Source: Vulcanimicrobiota bacterium (GTDB taxonomy: Bacteria; Vulcanimicrobiota; Xenobia; Xenobiales; JADMJV01). Taken from it: a stretch of 64,000 bases of DNA. Under the pieces are notes generated by a model. The model did not search any database, had not been told where the DNA came from, and saw only the letters and a program-made list of their open reading frames with translations. The translations under genes were made by a program, and so were the position numbers. The stretch is taken from assembly GCA_050250895.1 (NCBI GenBank), contig JBFWNU010000003.1, positions 797,137 to 861,136 on the forward strand. The letters run 5' to 3'. Shown one piece after another: positions 8,638 through 17,414 of the stretch; positions within the stretch are counted from its first letter, which is position 1, and every line of letters starts with the position of its first letter.

Positions 8638-9156
8638 ATGTTTCACCTTGTGAAAAGCCTCCACTTGATAGACAAGAACTTCGACGCGACGGCGGATTGG
8701 CGAGGGCTTCCGCGGCACGGTGAACTGCAGGGCATCTACTCTGAGGGTTCCGAGACCTTCACCGTATCCGATTTGGGAATCGGATTTTTTCTCCGCCAAC
8801 AACCGACATTCGTGGAATATGACCAAATAGCGTCGTTCCTGCATCCAGTGTTCTCAGAGCTTCAGTTCTTCAAGATTCGCCTGCGGACCGGTCAAACCAT
8901 AAGTCTCACTCGCTCAAGCTCCTTTTTTCGGTTCCTCGAGACTTTGGTGTTCGACCTCGCGACGGAGAATGGCTTTGAAGAAGTCAGTTGTGAACTTTGG
9001 GGAATTCCCGAAGATCTTCTAGCCCTTCCATCCGAGGAAAGGTTCGAAGCACTCTGTCGATACCGAGCTTCACTGATGGACGGGGGACTTGACCCAGACG
9101 TCGTCGCACCCCTCCAAACGAGGACCCTAGGCCACGCCGCGGGACGTGAGCATTGA
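8638..9156 (+). CDS. Hypothetical protein (accessory, AT-richer)
   Basis: 172-aa ORF with visibly lower GC than its flanks; no recognisable motif. Confidence 0.6.
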   Translation: MFHLVKSLHLIDKNFDATADWRGLPRHGELQGIYSEGSETFTVSDLGIGFFLRQQPTFVEYDQIASFLHPVFSELQFFKIRLRTGQTISLTRSSSFFRFLETLVFDLATENGFEEVSCELWGIPEDLLALPSEERFEALCRYRASLMDGGLDPDVVAPLQTRTLGHAAGREH

Positions 9157-9316
9157 CCCCGAGGTAGAGGGGAGTCGCTCAGAAACTCGGGCGTGCTCTG
9201 CCCGCGTCGAAGACGTAAACTGGTCGCGCGCTCCCGGCGGATGGAGGTTGGCGGCTACGGAATCCGAAGGGTTAGGGTAGAAGGGCCTTCTGGCTACTGC
9301 TAACGGAGGATGCCGT

Positions 9317-9937
9317 GTGTTCGGGTTTGTGAGGATAGTCCCAAAGGATGGAGGTCTGGTGCCGGACCTTCCCGCGGGCGCGTCGTTCGCCGTATTGGTC
9401 TATTCCAGGGATGGAAAGTGGGCCATCTGTGATTGGGATGCGGATGAGGACGAGGAAGAAGGAGTTCCCAGTTCGGGCCACCGCATAGAATTCGGCGAGA
9501 GGCTGAGGGCGATGGTCTATTCGGCGGAAAAATATCCACCGAGTCTGGTGCTGGGCCTACGGGCTGTGATGGACCGTTTTCCAAAGGACCCAACACGCGA
9601 ATCCGCTCGGCTGATTTTCGAGGAGCAACTGGCGGCCTCGATTTATTCTCTTCTGAAAGGACAGCGGACATCCCCCTTTCTTCTCGCCGAGGCGTCTAGA
9701 GGCGACTCAATAGACTTTGCCAAAGGCGAGTTTTATTGGGTCGTAGGGCGAACCGCGAGCACTCCGAGAGCTTACAGATACCTCCAGGAACGCGGCGACT
9801 ATAGAGAGGGCGACGAGTTTGTCTACTGGCTCGACGACCGGTGGCTCGATGTCTTACCATCGACCGCCTTCTTCCTTGACGACCAGGCTTTGGCCGGGCT
9901 CCCCGTGCTGGAGGGTGAAGGTTTCAGATATGTCTAG
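9317..9937 (+). CDS. Hypothetical protein (accessory)
   Basis: 206-aa ORF with GGAGG upstream of a GTG start; no recognisable motif. Confidence 0.65.
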   Translation: MFGFVRIVPKDGGLVPDLPAGASFAVLVYSRDGKWAICDWDADEDEEEGVPSSGHRIEFGERLRAMVYSAEKYPPSLVLGLRAVMDRFPKDPTRESARLIFEEQLAASIYSLLKGQRTSPFLLAEASRGDSIDFAKGEFYWVVGRTASTPRAYRYLQERGDYREGDEFVYWLDDRWLDVLPSTAFFLDDQALAGLPVLEGEGFRYV

Positions 9938-10015
9938 GCGATTGGCGGAAGCTCGTTGCTTTCACGCTGTCCCTCGACCGACACGGCTTCTAGCCCAATG
10001 AGCCAAACCAAGCAC

Positions 10016-10100
10016 CCCATCCCTGACGAGCGAAGCGAGTTTAGCTCCCCTCTTGGAGCTCTGCTCCACTCCCATCTCCGAGCGCAGCTCGGCTCCCCTT
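10016..10100 (-). repeat. Hairpin array copy 2 (inverted relative to copy 1)
   Basis: Minus strand reads ggggag CCGAGC-tgc-GCTCGG agatgggag TGGAGC-aga-GCTCCA agaggggag ...cgctcGTCAGGG atggg, closely matching 8197-8280. Confidence 0.8.
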
Positions 10101-10107
10101 GACCGCG

Positions 10108-10698
10108 TTAAGCGGTCAACAGCGTGGGGTTCTGGATGCGACGGCGGCGGGGGGCGGCCTGGCGGTCGGTGGTCTGGCCCAGGAACGACTCTACCAGCGG
10201 CTGCTCTTCACCGGGCTCGGTCGGATTGGTGATGGGCTTCTCGATCACGCCGGCCGAAGCTTCCTGACGCCGGGCGCGCCGTTGGAGAATCTCGTTGGCT
10301 TTGTCACTAAGATTGGTGGTGTCGCGCGGGGCCTCGGGGGCGCGGGTCTCGTTGTTGAGACCCAGCAAGGCCCGCAGGCCGTCGAGCGAACTCATGCCAG
10401 CGCCGCCAGCCGGCAGATTGGCGTTGGCGCCGCCCACCTGGTTGCGATTGCCCGAGGCTTTGACGGCCATTTCACGCTGCTGCAGCAGGAGCTCGGCGGA
10501 GCGAGGGTCTGACGAGGGTCCACCGCTTGGCGGCGGGGGAGGGGGAGGCGGAATCAGACCTTCCAGGCTCTGGCGCATGTTCTGGATGAGCGCCAGCAGT
10601 TCAGCTGCGCTGAACTGGCTCGAGGTATCCTGGCGCTGCTTGGTCGCCCGGACTTTTGACTCGATTCTGTTGGGGCCGATAGGTCCGATTTCCGTCAT
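10108..10698 (-). CDS. Hypothetical low-complexity protein
   Basis: ATG at 10698 (MTEIGPIGPN) with GGAGG RBS; poly-Pro tract; last gene of a three-gene unit. Confidence 0.7.
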   Translation of the reverse strand: MTEIGPIGPNRIESKVRATKQRQDTSSQFSAAELLALIQNMRQSLEGLIPPPPPPPPSGGPSSDPRSAELLLQQREMAVKASGNRNQVGGANANLPAGGAGMSSLDGLRALLGLNNETRAPEAPRDTTNLSDKANEILQRRARRQEASAGVIEKPITNPTEPGEEQPLVESFLGQTTDRQAAPRRRRIQNPTLLTA

Positions 10699-10711
10699 AG
10701 TTCCTCCGTGT

Positions 10712-12199
10712 CTATCTGTTGGTGGTGGTCGAGCCCTGGCTGGCCAGAGCGGGAGTCCGGTTGGCGCCGAAGTTGGGCGTCTGGCTGACGACGCCACCCT
10801 CTTCACCGGTTTCGGCTTTGCGCAGCCCCTCTTCGACTTCGCCGCGCAGGCCCAGGATGCTCATCATCCGGCTTCGGGTTCGGGCTGCCTGGCTGGTCAT
10901 CTGACCCATCTGGCGAGACAGATTACGCTGCTCGGCCTGATCGGCATTGCGCTCGGTATTGGCTTCAGATACCTCACGCTGGGCGCTGGAGAGTCTTCCC
11001 CGGGCTTCGCCAAGACGGTTCTGACTATCGGAAAGCTGTTGTTCGGCCCGGCTATTCTCTTGCTGGGCCTGCTCTTGCTGGCGACGGGCAGAGTCGAGGC
11101 GCTGCTGGGCCGCTTGCAGTTCAGCCTGGGCGGCGGCCACCTCGGCCTGGGCGGCGGCTTTGGCCGAGGCGTCGTCAGAGTCGACGCGAGCGGCCTTGGC
11201 TTGCGCCGACGACAGCTTGCGCTGAGCGGTGTTGACCTGACTCTGCGAGACGCGTACTTCGCGGTTGGCCTGACCTAGCTGTTGGCGAGCGTCGCTGAGC
11301 TTGCCTTTGTCGGACTGGACGGTAGCGTTGGCTTCCTGGGTCTCCTGGCTGGCCTGGGCCTCTTCGCCCCTGGCCTTCTCGGCCCGACCGGTCGATTCGC
11401 TGAGTTGCTGCTCGGCATTGGCCAGTTTCGACTTGGTCTCGCCTTCTTCGCTGTCGACCTTCTCGTTTTCGTTGCGAGCCCGACCCAGGGCGGCGTCGAG
11501 TTCGGCTTTCTTCTCTTTAAGTTCTTGCTTGAGGCGCTCTTGCTCAGCCCGGGTTTCGGGAGTGGCGCCGCTTTGAGCCGACTCGATCTCGTCGGTCAGG
11601 CCCTGGATCTCTTGACGTAGCGACTCGGTCTTTTGTTCGGCCGTCTGGGCGTTGGCACTCGACGAGTTCTGAGCTCCGGAGGAGGACGAGGCTTCGCCGG
11701 TGGATTGCTCGCCGCCGCGCGAACCGCCGTTGTCGTTATTGGCAATGGCTTCGTTGTTGCTCTCGCGATTGGCGGCCGAGGCTTCGGGCGCCGGCTTGGC
11801 GGCGTCTGATCCGATCTCGGAGAGTCCTACGTCGGCCTTGAGCGCCTCGGTCTCGGCCTTGGCCAGCTCGGCGTTGGCTTTGTCGATATCTTTGCCAGAA
11901 GACTTTTTGTCGGTAAGAGCTTTGTCGAGCTGAGTCTGAGCTTCTTTGGCCTTGAGTTCGGCGGCGTTGCGCTCTTCGATGAGTTTCAGTTCGAGACTCT
12001 GAGGGTCGCCAGCTGGCTTCTCGACCACGGCCGCGGGCTCGGGCTTGTTGCGGTTGTTGAAGAAGTCCTGAACTGCGGCGACACTGGCGTCGGTAACCTG
12101 GGCCTCGATGGTTGGCGTGGCCACCGGGGGCTTCAGCTGAGGGTTGTTGTTAGCTGCTGCTGCTACGGCTGCAGCGTTCGGATCGACAGTCGTGGCCAT
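10712..12199 (-). CDS. Long coiled-coil Ala/Glu/Gln/Ser-rich protein
   Basis: 495 aa with extended heptad-like A/E/Q/R composition, no TM helix and no Sec signal. Confidence 0.8.
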   Translation of the reverse strand: MATTVDPNAAAVAAAANNNPQLKPPVATPTIEAQVTDASVAAVQDFFNNRNKPEPAAVVEKPAGDPQSLELKLIEERNAAELKAKEAQTQLDKALTDKKSSGKDIDKANAELAKAETEALKADVGLSEIGSDAAKPAPEASAANRESNNEAIANNDNGGSRGGEQSTGEASSSSGAQNSSSANAQTAEQKTESLRQEIQGLTDEIESAQSGATPETRAEQERLKQELKEKKAELDAALGRARNENEKVDSEEGETKSKLANAEQQLSESTGRAEKARGEEAQASQETQEANATVQSDKGKLSDARQQLGQANREVRVSQSQVNTAQRKLSSAQAKAARVDSDDASAKAAAQAEVAAAQAELQAAQQRLDSARRQQEQAQQENSRAEQQLSDSQNRLGEARGRLSSAQREVSEANTERNADQAEQRNLSRQMGQMTSQAARTRSRMMSILGLRGEVEEGLRKAETGEEGGVVSQTPNFGANRTPALASQGSTTTNR

Positions 12200-12387
12200 T
12201 AGCCTACCATCCCAACTCGCTCACCACTCTGGCGGCGGATGTTGTTGTGCATGTTGGGGCGCTCATTGGACCAGTTCACGCCCAGCATTTCACGGACATT
12301 GCCGAAGGAGCGCTCGTTCCAGTCCCGAGGGGTGGAATCGAACCAGCGAAGAGCACGGGTTGGACGCTTACGTTGGCCGAGATTCAT
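12199..12387 (-). CDS. Small hypothetical protein (62 aa)
   Basis: Strong AGGAGG RBS; its stop overlaps the start of the coiled-coil gene (TAATG). Confidence 0.6.
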   Translation of the reverse strand: MNLGQRKRPTRALRWFDSTPRDWNERSFGNVREMLGVNWSNERPNMHNNIRRQSGERVGMVG

Positions 12388-12500
12388 AGAACTGACTTCC
12401 TCCTGCTTTCTGAACTCAGTCTATCTCGGAGCGGTTTCCGAAAAATTCTGGATAAGGCCGTTTTATGTAAACAGTAAATGAACGAATTGCAACCGGCTTG

Positions 12501-14282
12501 TTAAAAGCCCCAGTAAAAGTGGGCCATGAGCATGGCCGCACTGAAGGTGACCAGCATCAAGCCGGCACCCACCTTCACGAAGTCCTTGGCCTTGTAGCCA
12601 CCGGGCCCCATTACCAGGGCGTTGACCGGATGCGAGACAGGGGTGAGGAATGCATTGGAACAGGCAATGGCTACCAGCACGCCGATGCCGACCGGGTCGA
12701 GCCCGAGCTTGAGGGCGATTCCGATGGTGATGGGCCCGGCCAAAAGCGCCGTGACCTGGCCTCCCAGGACCTGGGCCAGAGCGGCGGTGGAGAGAAAGAA
12801 GGCGGCCACCAGGGCCAGCGGGCCGTAACTGAGGGTCCCGGCCAGGCTCTTGCCCACGATGTCGGTCCAGCCGGTCCGCTCGAGTGCGATGGCCATGGGA
12901 CTCATGGCCGCGATGAGCACGATGGCCCGCCATTCAATCGAGGAATAGGCTTCGTCGGGAGTGAGGCAGCCGAGCAACACCAGGGCCACCCCTCCGGCCA
13001 GACTGGCCTGGGCCATAGGGACCAGGCCCAACCCGGCCGTGAAGATGACTCCTCCGGCTATAATCAGAGTCCAGACCGTTTGCGAGGCCGATACCGGTCC
13101 GTAGGCCGGCGTGTCGACCACCAACCAGTCCGGGTCATCGGCCAACTTCAGGATCTGGCGCATCTTACCCACCACCAGCAGGGCGTCTCCCGCGCGCAGG
13201 ACCTGGTTGCCGACATCGTGGCTGATGGCTCGCCCTGATCGCCACAGGGCCACGGCCGTGACCCGATGGCGAGTGCGAAAGCGCAGTTCCCGCAGGCTTC
13301 GACCGGCGGCCCGCGAGCGGGGAGGCACGACCACTTCGGACATCAAGACAGGCAGATCGCGCGAGCCCGGATGGCGCTTGCGGTTGCGGCCTACGTGAGT
13401 GCCTTCGAGGCTGTGGGCATGCTCTTCATCGCCCACCACCAGAAGGATATCGTCGACCTGTAACCGGTAATTGGGATCAGGATGAAACATGGCCTCGCGA
13501 CCATGCCATAGGGCCAGCACGGAGAGATCCCGCTCGGCTCCCAGCCGAGCTTCGGCCAGGGTCTGGCCCACCAGCGGAGAGCCCTCGACGATCTTGACTT
13601 CCCACAGTCGCTTTTCGACCTCGTAGAGCGAAGCCAGGTCGTTGAGACTCAGGGCGGCGCGACCCGACGAGGTGCCGCTGGGTAGCAACCGAGAGCCGAT
13701 GAAGACCATATAGGCCGTCCCGGCCAGGGTCACCACTCCGCCGGTCAAGACAAAGCTGGTAAAGCCCAGCGAGCGGCCGGTCAGATCGTGGAGCACCCCG
13801 CTCAAGACGATGTTGGCGGTGGTAAAGATGGTGGCCGTTCCCCCCAGAATCACCCCAAAACCCAGCGGCATCAACAAGCGCGAAGCGGGCAACTGGTTGC
13901 GGCGGGCCACATCGACTGCGGCCGGCAGCAGCAGCGAGCCGGCGGCGATGGTGTTCATACACAGCGAGAGGGCCGCTCCGGTGAGCATGAAGACGCCCAC
14001 CATCTTGGGCTCGCTACTGCCCGAAAGCCGGCTCAGGCGGCTGGCCACCCAGCTGACCACCCCCGCTCGTTCCAGCGCGGCGCTGACCACAAAGAGACCC
14101 GCCAGGGTAAGGATGCTGGGGCGGGCGAACCCCGCCACCGTCTCTTCGGGAGTAACGACCCCGGCTATTCCCAGGGCGAGAAGCACCAGCAACGACACGA
14201 TGTCGGCGCGCACCTTATCGGTGAGAAACAATGCAAAGGCCACCACCAGGACGCCCAGCACATAGAATCCCTGGTCTACCAC
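12501..14282 (-). CDS. SLC13/CitMHS-family permease with two TrkA-C (RCK_C) domains
   Basis: Two TM blocks around SPLVGQTLAE and AAGRSLREL TrkA-C repeats; C-terminal FLTPVSHPVNALVMGPGGY. Confidence 0.92.
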   Translation of the reverse strand: MVDQGFYVLGVLVVAFALFLTDKVRADIVSLLVLLALGIAGVVTPEETVAGFARPSILTLAGLFVVSAALERAGVVSWVASRLSRLSGSSEPKMVGVFMLTGAALSLCMNTIAAGSLLLPAAVDVARRNQLPASRLLMPLGFGVILGGTATIFTTANIVLSGVLHDLTGRSLGFTSFVLTGGVVTLAGTAYMVFIGSRLLPSGTSSGRAALSLNDLASLYEVEKRLWEVKIVEGSPLVGQTLAEARLGAERDLSVLALWHGREAMFHPDPNYRLQVDDILLVVGDEEHAHSLEGTHVGRNRKRHPGSRDLPVLMSEVVVPPRSRAAGRSLRELRFRTRHRVTAVALWRSGRAISHDVGNQVLRAGDALLVVGKMRQILKLADDPDWLVVDTPAYGPVSASQTVWTLIIAGGVIFTAGLGLVPMAQASLAGGVALVLLGCLTPDEAYSSIEWRAIVLIAAMSPMAIALERTGWTDIVGKSLAGTLSYGPLALVAAFFLSTAALAQVLGGQVTALLAGPITIGIALKLGLDPVGIGVLVAIACSNAFLTPVSHPVNALVMGPGGYKAKDFVKVGAGLMLVTFSAAMLMAHFYWGF

Positions 14283-14331
14283 AGGTAGGCATTCGGGGCG
14301 GACCAGTCAGTGCCTCTAGAGCAGGGGCTGG

Positions 14332-17004
14332 CTAGTGGGCGTCGAGTTTCTCGAGCAGGGCGTTGAGGTTGGTGCCGTCATCGGGATAGGAGGCGATCTC
14401 GGCCGAGCACTTCACCTTGACTCCGTCGTCGCCCCGTTGGGCCAGGCGAGCGTTGAGGCTCTCGACCCGCTTTTCGCTGCCTTCGCGGGTTACGCCGTGC
14501 AGAAACAGCAGAAAGCGGTGATGTCCCTGGCGCACCAGAATGTCTTCGGTGCGGCAGTTGTGTTCGAGGATCTGGGCCACCTGGCGCAGGAGTTCGGCGG
14601 CCTTGCGCCAGCCCAGCTGCAGGGTGATCTCGTCGAAGCTGTCGATGCTCAGGCTGCAGACCGAGAAGGTCAGGCCGTTGCGCACTGCCAGCGCGAACAG
14701 CTGGGCGCCCGTCTTGAGCGCCGCTCGCAGATCCATCAGGCCGGTCAGAGGGTCGCGGGTAGTCGACAGGCGCAGGGCCTGGTTGCGGGCCAGGCGGCTG
14801 CGGATTCGGCTGACCAGTCGGGCCGGCTCGAGGGGCTTGGTGATGACGTCGTCGGCCCCGGCCTCGAGTGCCCGTTCGTAATTCTCAAAATCTTGGTGAG
14901 CAGTCAGCACGATGATGGGCAGGTGGCGATAGTTGATGTCGCTGCGCAGCACCCGACAGATATCAAACCCACTGACGGTAGGCATCTCGAGATCGAGCAG
15001 CAAGAGGTCCGGAGAATTCTCGCTGATGACGGCCCACAACTCCATCGGATCGGTGATGGCTTCGACCTGAAATCCTCGTCGCTCGAGCACCCGGCGAATG
15101 ACGGTAAGAATCAGACGATCATCATCGAGGGCCAGGATACGGGTGGCCTTCTCGGCCTGCCCGCCGAACCGTTCTTCGATCTCGTCGAACACGGCCGAAG
15201 CGGGCACTGGTTTGTGCAGATAGATGGCGCTGGTGCGTCGAGCCACCGCCAGACGCCGGCTGAACTCGCCCTCGCTGCTGAGGATGACCAGCGGCAGGTC
15301 AGGGCGCTCGGTACACAACCAATCGAGCAATTCATCGGCGCCCGGGGCCGCCGCCTCGAAGATGATCAGGTCGGGACTGCGCAGCTGGAGCGAGGCTTTG
15401 GCGGTGGTGGCGTCCTGGGCCTCGACGATGGTCAGACCCCGGTTCATGGCCTCGAGAATCAAGCTCTCGCGCTGGTACGGATCGGGTTCGACCAGCAACA
15501 GCGAACGGGCGCCGTGGTCGGCCTCGACCTGAGGATCTTCAAAAGACTTCTCGATCTCGGCCACCAGCTCGGCCAGGCGCGGAGCGCTCTCCGAGCCCAG
15601 CGCGGTCTTCTTGAGATGAGCCTCGACCCGGCGCACGGATTGGACGCCGTGCAGATTGCCCAGCGATCCGAGCAGTCCCGTCAGAGCGGTGGTGGCCTTT
15701 AGTGCCGCCGCCCGCGAAGCGGGTTCGAGTTCGGTCTGGCGGGCCAACCCGGCCACCGTCGAGCGCAGAACCTCGAGCAGCGCCTGACTATCGCCAAAGG
15801 TCTCTTGCAGGACCTCGGTCGGGTCGGGGGCCTGGCCCTCGTCTTCGGTGGGCTGGTTCTCCTGGCGGATGCGCTCGACCTGAGGCCGGATGGCCATGAA
15901 CGCCTGGGCCACGGTCGGGTCAAAGTGCGAACCCGCCTCGCGGGCGATCAGATCAAAGGCGTCGTCCAGAGAATAGGGAGCTTTGTAGCGGCGGGCCGTG
16001 GTCAGCGCGTCGAAAACGTCGGCCACGGCCACGATGCGCCCGGTCAGGGGGATGCGTTCGCCCGACAAGCCCTTGGGATAGCCCGATCCATCCCATTTCT
16101 CGTGGTGGCTCAGGGCGATCTCTTCAGCCACCTGGATGATGGCGCTCTGCGAGTTGGCCAGGATATTGGCCCCGATCACGGTATGCTGCTTCATCACCTC
16201 GCGCTCGTAATCGGTAAAGCGACCCGGCTTGAGCAGAATACTGTCGGGAATGCCCACTTTGCCCACATCATGCAACAGACTGGCCACTTTGATGGCCGCC
16301 ACCAGCGCCTCGTCCAATCCCAATTGGCGGGCAATTTCCTCGCAATACTGGCTGACCCGACGAAGGTGCTCGCCACCCTCATCATCGCGATACTCGGCCG
16401 CCCGAGACAGCTTGTAGATGGTCTCTTCGGCCGACGCATCCAACAACAAGTGGGCTTCGGCCACCTCGCCGGCCTTGCGACTGCGGTCCATGGCTACGGC
16501 CACCATCTCGCAGATGATACCGAGCAATCGAAGATCGTTGTCTTTGAAGCGGCCGGCCTGCATCAGGCTGTCGAGATAAACCACCCCCAGGAGATCGTCT
16601 TGAGCCACCAGCGGATGAAGCATGACCGAACGAATGCCGGCAATGACCACGCTCTCGGAGCGGGCAGTCTCTTCGGCATCGAGCATCAACACCGGCCTGC
16701 GCTCGGTCAGGCACTCCTCCAAAAGGGTGTAGGTGAAGCGAAACTTATGACCCCAGGGCTCGACCGACTTGTCAAGGGCGATCTCTTGAATCAGCTGCTT
16801 CTGCTGGTCATAGAGGCGCACGAAGCCACGATCGGCCTCCATCGCGTTCATCATGGCCTCTAGCACCGACCACAGGACCACGTCGGGCTCGTAGGAAGTG
16901 TTGAGGGCCTTACTGATCGTCGAAAGCGTGGCTAGCTTGGCCACATCTTCAGAAGTCAGACTCTTGAGAGAGCCCAAAGGCTGCGATGGCTTAGAAATGC
17001 TCAA
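14332..17004 (-). CDS. GAF + HD-GYP phosphodiesterase + helical (Hpt-like) + 2 REC + degenerate GGDEF protein
   Basis: LLGVVYLDS (GAF); LLHDVGK and HHEKWDGSGYP (HD-GYP); LLLLDLEMP and KP (REC); DPLTGL, but QGHHRF in place of GGDEF. Confidence 0.9.
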   Translation of the reverse strand: MSISKPSQPLGSLKSLTSEDVAKLATLSTISKALNTSYEPDVVLWSVLEAMMNAMEADRGFVRLYDQQKQLIQEIALDKSVEPWGHKFRFTYTLLEECLTERRPVLMLDAEETARSESVVIAGIRSVMLHPLVAQDDLLGVVYLDSLMQAGRFKDNDLRLLGIICEMVAVAMDRSRKAGEVAEAHLLLDASAEETIYKLSRAAEYRDDEGGEHLRRVSQYCEEIARQLGLDEALVAAIKVASLLHDVGKVGIPDSILLKPGRFTDYEREVMKQHTVIGANILANSQSAIIQVAEEIALSHHEKWDGSGYPKGLSGERIPLTGRIVAVADVFDALTTARRYKAPYSLDDAFDLIAREAGSHFDPTVAQAFMAIRPQVERIRQENQPTEDEGQAPDPTEVLQETFGDSQALLEVLRSTVAGLARQTELEPASRAAALKATTALTGLLGSLGNLHGVQSVRRVEAHLKKTALGSESAPRLAELVAEIEKSFEDPQVEADHGARSLLLVEPDPYQRESLILEAMNRGLTIVEAQDATTAKASLQLRSPDLIIFEAAAPGADELLDWLCTERPDLPLVILSSEGEFSRRLAVARRTSAIYLHKPVPASAVFDEIEERFGGQAEKATRILALDDDRLILTVIRRVLERRGFQVEAITDPMELWAVISENSPDLLLLDLEMPTVSGFDICRVLRSDINYRHLPIIVLTAHQDFENYERALEAGADDVITKPLEPARLVSRIRSRLARNQALRLSTTRDPLTGLMDLRAALKTGAQLFALAVRNGLTFSVCSLSIDSFDEITLQLGWRKAAELLRQVAQILEHNCRTEDILVRQGHHRFLLFLHGVTREGSEKRVESLNARLAQRGDDGVKVKCSAEIASYPDDGTNLNALLEKLDAH

Positions 17005-17030
17005 GTCTCGGGCCTATTCTCCTCAGGCCC

Positions 17031-17414
17031 TTATCCCCCCTGGGTCTCGAGCAACCTTCCCGCCAAAGTCACCATCACGCCGACCGCCACCAGTCCAGCC
17101 CCCACCAGACGAAGCGGTCCCATCTTCTCGGCGAACAGCCAGACTCCCAGCAAGGGCGTCAGGATATAGGTCACTCCATACAATGTGTAGGCAAGCGAGA
17201 GGTCGGTTTGGGCCAGGACATAGATCCAAAACACGGCCGACAGGGTCCACATCGTCAAGCCGGCTATCACCACCGGGTCAGACAGCACCGACCACCAGGC
17301 CGAAAGGCCTAGCGGGTTGTTGGCCAACTGCTTGCCGCTGGCGCCGCTTTTGAGGCAGAGCTGGCCGCCGACACTGAGTAGCACGCACAGCGCCACCAGG
17401 GCCAGCGTCTTCAC
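17031..17414 (-). CDS. EamA/SMR-family small transporter (ArnE/ArnF-like flippase subunit)
   Basis: Four TM helices; GQLCLK, LSLAY and LFAEK motifs; GTGA coupling to the upstream gene. Confidence 0.8.
   Translation of the reverse strand: MKTLALVALCVLLSVGGQLCLKSGASGKQLANNPLGLSAWWSVLSDPVVIAGLTMWTLSAVFWIYVLAQTDLSLAYTLYGVTYILTPLLGVWLFAEKMGPLRLVGAGLVAVGVMVTLAGRLLETQGG

Noticed and set aside
12321-12350. tRNA T-arm-like sequence GGTTCGATTCC on the minus strand
   Set aside because: The T-stem has a mismatch, no matching acceptor, D or anticodon arms or CCA were found, and it lies inside the 62-aa ORF
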